Origin: Plasmodiophora brassicae
Lineage: Eukaryota
Assembly: GCA_036867785.1 (NCBI GenBank)
Contig: CP145416.1
Coordinates: forward strand, 1,054,001 to 1,118,000
Reading direction: 5' to 3'
Length of the DNA: 64,000 nucleotides
The notes below the pieces were generated by a model. The model ran no database searches. It saw nothing but the letters and a program-made list of their open reading frames with translations, and had not been told where the DNA came from. How positions within the stretch are numbered: the stretch's first letter is position 1; each line of letters begins with the position of its first letter. Of this stretch, positions 33,801 through 46,580 are shown piece by piece. Both the position numbers and the translations under genes were made by a program.

Positions 33801-36391
33801 AAATAAGATCCATGACCTGACCGAGCACAGGACTGTCGTTGTCACCTGACGGCAACCGAAGCTTCCCGTACTCGAAGAGCAGGTAGAGAGTCATGAGGCC
33901 CGTGTCCATCGGGCACGTATTGGTAAACCGGACACCGTTCGAGGTGAACCCCCATGGGATACCGAATGTTTTCCAATCCACTAATGATCCAAGTTTGGGT
34001 ATCGTATTCGTGCTCCCAGGTGGGCGCCCTCGTAGTTTCTTGATGGCGTTGACCGATGCAGATCGATGAACCGATTCCTTTTGACGTTCGCTCCGCTTTC
34101 GAAGAAGGTCTTTCGTTGTATCCGGGGGCCTGCCATCAGACCGAGTCTTCTTTGTAGATCTAGATCTACTAGGATTGTACCGCTCCTGAATGCCAAGACA
34201 AGCATTGGTGTATGCCTGCGCGATTTGTTTGACGAACAAGTATATGGGGGGAATGACGGTGACGATGGATTGTTTTCCGTTGCAGCAGCGTTTTAGACTG
34301 CCGCCAACGCTTTCCTGCGCGTTCGTGTTATTTGGCAACAGCGAGATGTCCCCTGTTGCCAGAGCCGGAAAGATGTGTCGACCTCTCAGCTCGTGGAGAT
34401 GCCAATCGAGCCATCGCCGTGCTTTCGGAAATCGCTGATACAGAAACTGTAGCCGGTTCGCGAAATCAATCGGGTCGACTACAATCGTGAGCGACAAAAC
34501 TGTTTCGTAAAATAATGCCTTGTCATCAGGGTGGATGACACCAGCGTTTCGAGATACACGGCTTAGGGTCCGCTTAAAATGCACGTCGCAATAGCGGTAG
34601 AAATGATCGAGCGCCAGAACGGCATTATCATCCAAATGACAGTGCGCCCTGAGAGCTGCCTCAAACCCAGCACGTTCAGCGTCTGAAAAGTCGCTGGTGT
34701 TGCCCGGGAATTGGTGTTCCCATGCGTCCACATCTACCGGCATTTCCATTGTGCTGAAGAGAGTCAGGAAGTGCCGGCGGTAATGTGCAGCACTCTTGCC
34801 AGTCAGGATCGATATCAATAACGGGACGTGACGCGAAAGCATTGGACAGTATGCAGTCGTCATCGTTACGTTTGCGTCAGGAAGTATGGGATCGACAAGG
34901 ATGCCTTCGATGGAATCGGACTGCATCGGAGATTCGCAAGCCCTTGCCCTCTCCTGCATGAACGCTGTCTGCAGACAAAGCGCATCGGAACCGATACATA
35001 CGAACAACTTTTCACCGATTTCCTTTTCAAACGCTAGTACTTCAGACAAGGATGAAGTGGGCGGCTTAATGAGTTTGGTCTTGATGTACCTGAGGCGGTC
35101 AATGTTCGCCAGGCTGTGATGAATCTCACCTGATGCTGGTCGAGTCATTGTACCCATCTGTAGCTGCTTGGGAGTGAGTTCGGGCGCCGTATGAATGATA
35201 TGAGCGAGTTCATCCATTGCTTGGGCACTTGGTCGTATGGCTTCCGGTTTGCGATGACGATGGTATCCCTGATGAATGAACGTAATGATATGGGGGTTGT
35301 CGCTAGTTTTCTCGATGATTAAAATTGCCCGACATGCAATATGAGAAACTGGACGATTGTGCACAGAGCATGTCGCAGGACAAGGCGCAGGACGACAGTG
35401 TTTTGAGCGCCGCTTGGGCAGTTGGGGACGAACGGTGAACCCGCATCCGTCCACTGGGCAGACAAACACCCCCAGACATGACTTCTTCACTCGTACAGAG
35501 GAGGTACTGAACCGCGCCATGGACCAAGATGTGTTCAGGTATGAAACCTTCGATTCGTCAGTGGGTACAGATATGGTGTACGAAATGTTTCCATCCGGCC
35601 ACTCTGGATTGATCTCGGCTGGCGTAGCAACCTCGTGCACGGGATGCTGTCGCAGATGATGGGTTCGCCCAGCAGGAAGGGGCAAGTGGGGGTCTCGCGA
35701 ATCCTGCTCGGCCGCTGAAGTATGGACGTCGTCGTTCGCGCTGGTACCCCGCAATGTATGTAGAGGAACGGCCAAGTGCCGGTCCCGCGAGTCGTGTTCG
35801 GCCGCCAAAGTATGGCCGTCGTCAGCTGGCGTCAAATCACGATCGTGTGTCCTGGCAGTACCGTTATGCCGCTCAGCTACACCAGCCACTGCACGTCGCG
35901 AGTCTGACAGCAAGTGGCTTCGCAGAAAAGAATCCACCCGAGCGTTCCACTCACCGTTGACGTCATTTGCCAAGAGCAGATCCAAAGCCAGACGGCATAC
36001 AAGAAACTTCGTAAATTCGTCTGTCTTCGACGCCATCAGCCCTTGCTGCCGACAGGCACGCCTGCAAGAATAGATCGAGACCAGCTCCTTAGTACGGTGG
36101 GACGATTCCATGCATAGAGAAGCTGGGTTATGTACTCTGTATGCTCAATCTCCTGTAGATTACATGATTTTTGTTAGCCTGCGTAGAAGCAGTGTTCGCG
36201 TGTACATGCCGTTGTAAACTCAACTGTTTTACACCGAAGTTCATAAAGGTATATTTTTTATGCCGAAGTTCGTAAAGGTCATTTTTTTGTACCGAAGTTC
36301 GTAAAGGTCATTTTTTTGTACCGAAGTTCGTAAAGGTCATTTTTTTTGTACCGAAGTTCGTAAGTTCGTACGAACTTTTTTCCATACACCC
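30889..36391 (-). mobile_element. Mutator-like (MULE) DNA transposon with long TIRs
   Basis: 9-bp TSD caataaaaa (30880-30888 and 36392-36400); TIRs of about 165 bp built from about 29-bp tandem units acctttacgaacttcggtacaaaaaaatg and a terminal palindrome aagttcgtacgaactt. Confidence 0.92.
31417..36111 (-). CDS. MULE transposase: GCM domain + DDE core + two USP/papain-like protease domains + PARP-type zinc finger (spliced; one frame break near 33665)
   Basis: EWPDG..SWSM..KKSCLGVFVC..RP..IACR..GYHRHRKPE (GCM); SDS..SDFSDAE..YCDVHF..NTNAQES (D, D, CxxH, E); two copies of NTCxxDTGL...HFxS..YDG; CQTC..YHLADEC. Confidence 0.75.
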
Positions 36392-36682
36392 CAATAAAAA
36401 TCCCACCGTGATTTCCAATGTATTATACGTCAACCGAATCACCCACACGTAGCCTCCAACTGTGCCGTGGTGTGTCGACCTGCAGCGGAAAATGGGCACA
36501 GCCACTTGGCCATTTGCGAAGGGTGAGGTTTGGGAACGGGGCAGCAGCTGCCGAGTGCCGCGAGACGGGTAGTGCGTGAGATCCTGGACAGGACGAGGTC
36601 GTCGCGCCGAGCCAGCGATGCAGGGGGCCGTTGCCCGCCCGCAGCCGCCGTTACTCCACAGTCACAGATATCTGTGCTGTCG

Positions 36683-38308
36683 ATGGTGAACTGGCGCGAT
36701 CTCATCCGTCGCCCGTCGAAGAAGCACGACGACGCAAGTCGTGCGGTCGAGGAGGAAGCGCTGGCAATAGTGCCCTGTAAACGGTTCGAAGATCGGTAAG
36801 GGAGACGATGCGTACGCCATCATTACCCATATTTCATACGTTGTTTCACGCAGAGTCGCCGCATTTGAATCGTGTTTAATGAGCCCTGTAATACCGCTGA
36901 ATGTCTTCCGGTCTCTTGCCTTCAACGGTGTCCCAGAAAAGAACGGTCTTAGATCCATCTGCTGGAAGGTACACTACGTGTTATTGCTAACGGCTTCTGC
37001 GGCTCATGACCTATGTGGCATAGATCCTTCTGGGCTACATGCCACTGGATCGGAGCGAACGTGCTGAGTCCCTGCAGACTCAACGGGGGCATTACTACAA
37101 ATTCGCCCTGGAACTGCTTGTTAACCCGTTCCAGGATCGCACGCCTCGTGCGGTTGCTGTCGAGCCCGTCCCCGAGCAGATTGAGAATCCTTTGCTGGAG
37201 ACATCGGGTGGGACGTCGGAGCGATCCGGTGTATGGAGTCAGTTCTTTGACGACAAATACCTGCACGGCGAGATCACGAAGGACGTCCACCGGACACATT
37301 CCGGTATCCACTTCTTCTCACAACAGATCGATTACTCTGTTTTCATGCCGCGCGCGTCGTTCGGAGAGAAAGGTGAACTCCTAGACAAGACGAAGCGGCA
37401 GTTTGAGACTCACCACGACGTTATATCGCGGATTCTTCTTTTGTATGCCAAGGTTCGCTCGGAATATCCCATGTTGTCGGATAGCGTTTGACCGTCTGGA
37501 ATAGCTGAACCCGGGCGTACGATACGTCCAGGGCATGAACGAGATACTGGCGCCCATCTACTATGTTTTCGCGCAAGATCCGGACCCATCTTTCAGGATG
37601 CACGCGGAACCCGATGCCTTCTTTTGTTTTACACTGGTCATGTCGGAACTGAAGGTTCGTAAGGTCCTAACTATTGGGTGCTGCATCTTTATATCGTGGC
37701 AGGATCGTTTTCTTGCGAGCATGGACGGCACGGATTCAGGAATCGGCTCCTGCATCGAAGAGTACAAGGATGTCTTACGACGAGCCGACCCGGAACTATT
37801 CCTTCATCTCGAAATGCATCATGTCGATGCGAGGTACTATAGCCTCAGGTATGGTTATCTTTTCGTTGCTATGATCGGTACTGACGTCCTGGGTAAGATG
37901 GTTTACTCTGCTCTGTAGTCAGGAATTCCATCTCCCGGACGTGTTGAGACTATGGGATTCGCTATTCGCGGATCCATACCGGTTCGACTTTCTACAATAC
38001 TATTGCTGTGCAATGACCATGTTGGCTGTCGCTCGGGCGATCGTCATGTCCCCCTCCTTTTAACGGAGTCTGTTTTCAGATGTATTCGGTCCCGTCTATT
38101 ATCTATGGGATATTCGGAAATGCTCCAGACGCTGCAGCGATACCCTCAAATAGGTATGCACGCTTATTCAGGTATATATTTATCTCACCATACCGTGTAT
38201 GTAGATATGCTGGAGGTTCTGAACAAAGCAGTGCATTTGAGGACCCACATGACGGGGCATCGCGTTTCGTTTTCGGAGAATATTCCATACACGCACAGAG
38301 GTCCTTAG
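36683..38308 (+). CDS. TBC1D13: TBC-domain Rab GTPase-activating protein (TBC1D13-like), multi-exon
   Basis: GVPEKNGLRSICWK-ILLGY; EITKDVHRTH (Arg finger); LNPGVRYVQGMNEILAPIYYVF (Gln finger); EPDAFFCF. Confidence 0.88.
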
Positions 38309-38536
38309 ATGTCCCAGCATCACGCTTGACGTTTGGATCTGTGTACAAAGACATATGTTTACCGCGACGTATCAGTTGCAGAAGGGGGAGCAAGCAACGG
38401 ATTCGGATACGTCGTCAACCAATATTCAGTATTCTGCGTTTGCAACTTCGTAATCCCGCATTATTTCGCCAAAAGGGGGGGCACCTTCCAACTTTGGATC
38501 AGCACAGAGACTCTGGACGTGAGGAACGGCGTTGCG

Positions 38537-39839
38537 ATGCGGAGACAGGTGGAAGCGATCTTGGAGGAGATAGCGGCGCTTCCCAAAGTCGAACTCCACC
38601 GTCATCTTGATGGCGGCATTCGCGACCAGTTGCTGTTCGACACGGCCCGGCGACGTAATATGAAGCTGCCCGATGCCGTTACGTGTGCAGATGACCTCGC
38701 CGCGTACACCTCCGCGGGAGAGACATGTCAATCACTAACGGAATTTCTCCAGGTACGTTCCTCGTTGGATACAAACTCGTGTGCCTGTGTTATAACAGGC
38801 TGGCCGTCAGACGTTTATCTTCTTTACCCCGATCGTACGGGGCGATCGTATTGCTCTTCGTCAAATGGCTCTCGATACTTGTGAGGACCTGGCGTCCAAT
38901 AACATTGTACGCCTCAGTTGCCCCATGACTTGCATTTGCGGATGTTGACCTGTCGACGTAGATCTACGCTGAGCTACGATACTCGCCTCATTTGCTTGCC
39001 GACGATAACCTTTCCGCCAGTGAGGTGGTCGCCCTGATATGCGACGCAGTTCGTGAAGGCTCAGCTCGGTTTGGTATTCGGGCGACAACGATACTGTGTG
39101 CCATGCGTCATTTCCCAGAGTGGACCTCCGAGGTGGTTGACCTGGCCCACCAGTTCAGAAATAACGGTGTCGTTGGTATCGACATCGCAGGCGACGAGAG
39201 GTAGGTACGCGTTGCCGTCTGTGCAATGCGCGGGCCAATAACGTGGTGTCCAGGCATTCCTGTCTTCCTCATCGCAAGGAATTCGCGCGCGCCAAATCTC
39301 TGGGTCTCAAGATCACAGCGCACGCTAGCGAGGCCGGACCTGCCCACGTACGCTATCAGCAACGGGGTTGCAACGTTTCTGACAATTGACTACTGCTGCA
39401 CCAGGAGATCGTTAACGCCGTTGAGCATCTGCACGCCGAGCGTATCGGACACGGATATCACTGCGTCCACGACGAGGCGGTCTACAAGTTCGTCCGGGAT
39501 CAACGCCTACATCTGGAATGCTGTGTAACATCTTCTCTGCTGACCAACGCCGTTCTGGTGCCGGTCGATCAACATCCGGTGCGGCTGTTCAGCGCCGACG
39601 GCGTATCGTTCTCGTTGAGCACGGACGACCCGAGCGTGTGTCGGACCACATTGAACCGCGAGCTTCAGGTCGCCGCTGAGCACGTCGGCCTGTCCTTTGA
39701 CGATATTGTCCGGGCCATGGTTAACGCCGCCCAAGCCGCGTTCCTGCCCGAATCCGACCGACAGCAACTCGTCGATACGATCACGAAGCACGCTGCGCTG
39801 GCAGCCACGCGAATCCTTTCTGCAAGCCCTTCGTCATAA
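38537..39839 (+). CDS. ADA: Adenosine deaminase, multi-exon
   Basis: LPKVELHRHLDG; VVGIDIAGDE; ERIGHG; HPVR; SLSTDDP. Confidence 0.92.
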
Positions 39840-40471
39840 CGGGGCCTCCCTGACCGTATACGTTCGAATGCACTCGTCAGATTCCCTGGGGGTGCTATTG
39901 CAACAGCTAGAACGACATGTACTTTGTTGGCGAGGGCGCTACGCGCCAACAGCATCAACGACAATGAACTTGGACTGGCCGGCATCGGCAACTTCCTGAA
40001 GGCGCCTGACATGGGCATTGGTGTACGTGTTGTCGCGTCGAGCGTCCATGTTCAGCAGGCCGCCCCTCGGCCGAAACTGTAGAGGAACGCGGCTCTACCC
40101 CGACCGGATGCGATACAAAGACGACCGTTCCGTCGATCCCGACAACTTCGTCACGTCCATCGACCGCAGCTCCGGCGTTGTCGTCGCGAAACCGACCAGG
40201 TCGCCACTATCCCTCTTCTTGCCGTACACAACAACCCGCAGTGGGACAGGCACCCTACGAATCGGAACGGGTAACAAAGGCTCAGCGTCCTCGCACGACA
40301 CAGTTACATGGCGGCGCTTCGCTGGTCGGCGCATCGCTGCTGGCATCGGTCCGGCACTCCACGAAGCCGGCGCCGGGATGCCGCTCAGCGTAGCGGGCGA
40401 TACGACGTCAGGTAGGGTGGGTACGGGCGGTCGGAACCGGTGGAAACAGCCGCGTCCGTACGAGGCGAAGC

Positions 40472-40900
40472 TCATCGAGTAGCCAGGGCAACTATCTGCA
40501 CCATTTCAGTGATCCGCTGCGACAGAGACGAGTGGCCGAAATAGTCGACAGATTGGGCAGACGGATGAGCGGATCGCATCAGCAATGGGCATAATAAGCG
40601 CTCAAGCATTGCTCGATCTGTTTGGACACGGTCAGTGTTCCAAATAGTTGGCAGCGAATAACCATACAACGACAGGCTTTTGCATACGCCAGATACAGCC
40701 GGCTCAACTTCGTCGTTGTGGCCACTGCCCATCTGGAACGTGAACGAACGAATCATTCCGTCCTCGTTGGCCGCCTTATACATGGAATTCAAGGTCCTCC
40801 CGCCAAGGACAGGCGTAAGCATTTTGTATTTGACCGTCTTCATCGTATCGTCCAAAGATGCGAGTCATCTGCGTTAGTTCAACCAAACACAAATGGCCAA
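40472..40900 (-). pseudogene. Fragment of a DDE transposase-like core
   Basis: DDTMK...NEDGMIRSF...SLSLYGYSLP..WNTDRV..DRAMLE resembles the DxTFK..NExGEIR..YTD pattern of fungal Mutator-related transposases; no termini found. Confidence 0.4.
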
Positions 40901-41002
40901 CTACATTGCCGGAACGGGCAGGCATTCAATGTCAAACAGACTGGTATAAGGACAGCACGGCCATCGGCGCCATTGTTTCAGAATCTGGGGTGTATCTGTG
41001 CA

Positions 41003-43570
41003 TTAGAACCGCCGATGTTTGCGGCGATGCGTGTTCTGGGCCGATTTCCTGGCCTTTGTCGAATGGATGGCCCTTCGGGTCCGCTTCGACAGCTGCGAAT
41101 CCGTCCGTTTCTTTTGAAGCGACTTGCTGAACTTGGTCAGCATGAACGGCTTCTTGCGGTTCTTCTCCTCGTTGGTCGCGCTGTTGCCTCCCTTCTTGCC
41201 ACCCGGGGCGAACATCGCCTTCCGCTGCACCCCAACAAATTAGAACCGTCGCATGACGCCACACGGGAATCACAACCGCCAACCTCTTCCTTGTTTGCTT
41301 TCATGAGCTCGATGCGCTCTTCCAGTCGACGACGCTTCTGCTTGGTAGATGCTTCCAGCTCCATCGGGTCGACAGTGTGCCCTTCTTCCCGACTACGCCG
41401 CTTGCTGGACAACCCAGCGGCCACTTCCTGCTTACGCATTGCTTCAAGTCGCTCAAAGTCCTGTACACACATCCTATTACGACAGGGAAAGAGTAACGAC
41501 ATTCAGGGAATACCTTTGGCGTCAGAATCTCTACGGCGCCCAGAGGAACGGTCGCCTGCTTCTGCATTTCAAGGCCAGCAGCAACCATTTCACGAAGAGC
41601 GGCCGCCTCGTCTTCGTCGACCAGCATCGGCGGCTCTTCATCGTCGTCCTCCTGGTCAGACTCGTCCGCATCACTGTCCGTCATGGGAACGTCCTCATCC
41701 ACGCTCCATTCGTCGGACGAGCCGGCCTGTTCGTCCTCATCGTCCTGCAGACGCAACAAATGTGCACCAGGGACGTCTGTGGCAACCTGTTCCTCGCCAA
41801 AGTCCAACGGCGCCTATCACGATCTCAGGCCAACGTTGTAACAATGAACGCTGTATACAACGGTCTAACCTGTTGGGGTAATCCATTCGGACGTCCACGA
41901 TCTTTCTTGTCCAGGAGCATGGGGTTGATTTCACGGTACAGCGATAGAAGCGATCTCGCCGCCATGATCACGCCTTTGTCGCGATGCGACTTGTACAGGA
42001 CAAGATCTTGAAGTAGTTCGCCTGACATGGCCAGTGGCTGCCGGGCGCATATACCACTGTAAAGACGCAATGGGAAACAGATTGTCGAGCAAGGGCACAA
42101 CAAGACAGTACCGAATACAATTGAGCCCGACCGCCATGGATTCCGGACTTGACCGGTCGCTGACGAACTGGTCGGCGATCGCTTTCACGATGGGCTCTAG
42201 AACGTCAGGCGGGACTTTGCTATGGCAGGACTGAACCAGGAAGGACATGACGGCAGTCACATTTTTCACATGCGCATTCAGGTACCGCTACATGACAGAT
42301 GAGGGGATGTCAACCTTGTCAGCAACGAAGAAAGGCGTACCTGCAGGAATGAGTACAGATTCAACAGCATCAGGTTGTGCTCGTTTACGAGCCTGGATAT
42401 AACGTTCATTTGCAGCTGGCGAACAGAGAACGGGTCTTTCGATGCCCTCAGTTTGGAGAAAAGACGCTCTGCAAAGCCCTGCGGGTCGTAGATCAGCGTG
42501 ATCGGGCCTTGCTCAATGGTTGGCCCCAGCGCCGACTTCGCTTCCGCCTTCTTCATCTTGTTCTTTGCGCTACCAAGGTGTTAGATAGATACCTGACGGA
42601 TTCACTGATGCGAAGCTGACCGTTCCATTGCTCGTTCATGTTTCTTCTTATTCGTGCTGACCTTTGCGCCAGTTGCGTTCTCGCGAATGGATTTCATGGC
42701 TTCTCGAACAACCGCTGTGCGGTACTCTTCGTTGTCCTCGTCGTCATCATCTGTGAACGCATCGCACAACAGGAACCTCAATGCACCAGTCGAAATCTTC
42801 GACCTCGAGGAGAACACAGCCTCGGCAATGACGTTAGCCGTCTTGGCGTCGCGCCAGGCGTTCTTTCGGAAGAGTTCGATGGCAATGCCGAGCGCCTTCA
42901 ACGACTGGAATTCCGAGTGGGCCGACGACGAGATCACGTCAAAGACGAAACGTTGGTGCGCACGCTTCTGTGCACTGGTGCCTGTCGACTCGATTTTGGC
43001 GATGGTGGCGACAATGTCACCGAAGACTAGCACACGGAGAGCCTTGTCGGGAACCTCGAACAAGCAGAAGAGGATCGGCATGAGCGCGATGGATGACTGG
43101 ATTCCTGCAGAGGAAGCGCACGCGTCACACTCCACTTCTGTGGCTAGATACTGGCCAAACGAACCTCGGTTTCGCAGCAGGGTGATGGCCTGGACGAGTG
43201 CCTTCCGAAGAATGGGCGAAATAGAAGCGGCACGCGTCCGAAGCATATTACAGAGGGCCGCAGGGACAGACGTTACATGCGAAGCAAACGCCGGATTATC
43301 CCTAAACAGAGGAAGGCAGTGCGAGACGAATCCACACACATCAGAGAAGTGCCGATCCTCCTGCAACTGTGCACGAGCCGCACTCGTGTGCTCCGGGGTA
43401 TCGCCAGCAATATCATCAACGGCGCTCAGACCGTGGACGGACACCAGCGAGTGAAAATGCGCAAGTTGCTGGGTGAATTCCGCTTCATATGCAGCAGGAT
43501 CGCGCTTGAGCACATTCCGAAGACTAAGCAGATCGGAGCAATCGGACGCCAGGTACTGCTTCGTTGCCAT
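41003..43570 (-). CDS. SDA1: SDA1 ribosome biogenesis protein, multi-exon
   Basis: LRNVLKRDPAAYEAEF; IYDPQGFAERLF; QSCHSKVPPD; HRDKGVIMAARSLLSLYREINP; STNEEKNRKKPFM. Confidence 0.95.
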
Positions 43571-43924
43571 AGCGTTCCAGGCCACCTCTGCGGGGTCCGC
43601 CACGGACTCCGCGCAACGGGCACGGGGACCACGAACTGACTCGCGTATGGTCTTATAGCCCGTGCTCATCTCAGTACAGAACCTGGGGAAGATATCGAAT
43701 GTATGCATATCTTGGGTTGTTCGACTACCATAACCTATACTGCCCAGGCTGTATCGAGCATTACTGGCCGCTCAACCATGAATCGGCTCACGAGCTTCGC
43801 GCGAATCGCTTTCCGAATCATGGCTGGTCAGATAGTCCACTGCATTTTTTGCTCTTTCATCAGTCGTCGATTGGAGGGGGCACCCTGTTCCCATCAGAGC
43901 CTGCGAGGCGCTGGACGCGGCGAC

Positions 43925-44290
43925 ATGTCGGAGCGCTGGCGTAAACATCCCATGCTGACGGGGATCACGAAGGCCCCGCATATTATACCTGGGTGGCGGT
44001 GGGGCGTATCGGCGTTCCTGCTGGTGTCTGCCTACGAGTACCTTGAAGGAGTCGTGAGTTCGAGAATCCTGGTGTCCTTCCAGTCGTAGGCACTACCCAC
44101 TGATTTGATGCAGGTCGATCGGCAGCGACAGCGCGAAGCAGGAACGCTTCCGGATCACGGCCACGGTCACCACAACGACGAGGTCGAGCACGAACCTCCG
44201 CGCCGGTACATCATCAAGAAACAGCTGGGGGAGCCGCCGACCGTCGAGCCCAACCCAGACTACAAGCCGGTCCACTATGGAGGTCACTGA
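43925..44290 (+). CDS. NDUFB3: Complex I subunit B12 (NDUFB3-like), 2 exons
   Basis: WRKHPML...PGWRWGVSAF single-TM motif like plant/algal B12; His-rich tail. Confidence 0.7.
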
Positions 44291-44337
44291 CGCCAGTCGA
44301 TCGGAACACATGGTATGGAACCTGTGGGCGTGTATTT

Positions 44338-46361
44338 CTATCTGCTTTGTAACACGAAGTCGGTCAGGAGCTGGGCGCCGAAACCCTGCCGACACGCGAA
44401 TCAATGATCTCAGCTGTGAAACGAATGAATAACCGCATTACAGTTCCGCCCTGGGGCATGTGGTTGACCGCCTTGGAGTACATTGCAGGACCGGCAATGT
44501 CGATATGGGCCCACTTCTGCCCTTCGTCGATGAATTTCGACAAGAATGCGGCCGCCGTACACGCTCTGGGCGAGACTGTTCAGGTTTGCTGATCACCGGT
44601 CACACTCCGCACACACGTACCCTCCATATCTGTTCCGGCCGCATGAGACCATGTCAGTCTGCTTGCCGTCAAGCTCCTCGACGTGCTCCGGGAGGATAGG
44701 CATATGCCAGCACCGTTCAAACGATTTACGACCCGTCGCAACCAGGCGATCTGCCAAGTCGTCGTTGTTTGAGAACACCCCCGCTGCGTATTCGCCTGCG
44801 GAAGCACGTAAGGGGACGAACTGGGCACGTTGTGCGAGACAGCCAAAGCCATACCGAGAGCCACGACGCAGGCACCCGTCAGCGTCGCAATGTCAATTAT
44901 AGTCGACGGTTTGTAGTTCGCTTGAATGTACGACAAGGCGTCTGCCAAGCATAACCTCCTACGGTACAAAGGTCAATAACGCCGGGTGCAAGTAGACACA
45001 CGTAACGTACCCCTCAGCATCTGTGTTTGACACTTGAACAGTGCCTTTGGCAGAAGGCAAGATGGTATGCGGTTTGTAGGCGTTCGACCCGATTGCATTC
45101 TCCGCCAGAGCAAGGACGGCTACGACTGGACGCGGGCATTTAACGATCGCCAGGGACCGAAGGGCACCGATGACGGCCGCGGACCCGGACATATCCATGT
45201 GCATCGTCTCGATGCTGCCGGTAGGTTTGAGGTTCAGACCGCCGGTGTCGAAGGTGACGCCTTTGCCCACAAGGGCAACTGGTTCAGATCCGTCGCTTCG
45301 TTCAGGAATGTATTCGAGGACGACCAGCCTGCCAGTAGGGAATCAGGGCAAAGGTTGAGATACGTACAGAGTTGCATTAGATAGACCTTGGCGGTATGGA
45401 GGCGGCTTGGCCAACAGCGGCAAGCATGGACAAACCGCTTTGTCGAAGAGCGTCGACTCCTTTGACTGTGCGGCACTGGAACGTGCTGCTGGAGAACGCA
45501 TCGGACATGGATCGAGCCAGTTGCTCGATATACTCAGGGGTGACAATGTCCGCCCTTTCATTTGCCAGCTCACGCGCCAAGATCGTCCCTAAGCAACGTT
45601 AGCCATCAAGCGGGTTGTCCGCAAAGCGCGTTTACCTTCAGCGATTGCTTGCTCGATTGGGATTTGTTGTTCAACGTCTCGCACGCGCTGCTGGCTGGCT
45701 GACACGTCGTCTCCAGCGAGGTCTAGAATCTGCAGGTTCTCAACTTGCGGAGGCGCCTCCTTCGAGCGCCGAGCGAACCCATGCGTGGACTGGACCGCAA
45801 CTCGAATCAGCGCCCTGATGTCTTCCTTTGTAGTCGACTCTGGCAAGATGAACGACACATTCTGCAAGCAACGCCCACGTTCAAGTACGCCACACCGCAC
45901 CCTGATTGAACTGGTTATACCTTGCATCGAACCGATGCGGCGGCTTTCAACGACTGGTGCAATGCTTTGCGGAGCGTAGAGGGGCGGTCAGACCCTTTGT
46001 CATCGATAGGCTGAACAATAACGCATGTCGACGACGCGAAAAGCGGGCGCGGTTTGTCCTTGATCGATGCCACCGCCACAGACCGTAGCAAGTCGTCCGC
46101 GGGCGTATTCGTGATTGCCTCGAGCCGCCCACCAGAAACGTGCCCTAACAGCGTCGACCCCGTCGCGCCGTCCTTGATCAACGACCGACGAACAGGGAGG
46201 ACAACGGCATCCGGCTTCGGATCCCCAGCGGCGACCCCCGCCGACAGGCGAAGCCCCGTGCACCCTGGCGTTGTCGACGTCGCGATCCGCAGAGCCAGGT
46301 CGCCCGATGCGGCCAGCGTCGACAGACGCCGGCACAACGACGCACGGCCGACCCTCCACAT
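44338..46361 (-). CDS. M17 leucyl aminopeptidase with probable mitochondrial transit peptide, multi-exon
   Basis: [45 protein letters not shown]; Arg/Ser-rich N-terminus. Confidence 0.93.
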
Positions 46362-46580
46362 GAGATGCCCCCCGGTCCGGTCCGCAGCAAAGCAATGGCG
46401 GGCTGCACAGTGCACTGGGCGCCGTTTGTCTGCCTGCCCATTTTGCCACCCACAAGTGCCATCGCGGGCGCGTATTAACGACCAAATCCTCGTTGCCAAC
46501 GTGAAGATGCGACGTTTAACGGAAGGTGGGGGTTCGTCCAGCGCATGTCGACGACAAGCGGCGATAGGCGGGCGCGCACA

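Noticed and set aside
40622-41881. 419-aa + strand ORF
   Set aside because: Mostly antisense to SDA1 exons; no domain signal.
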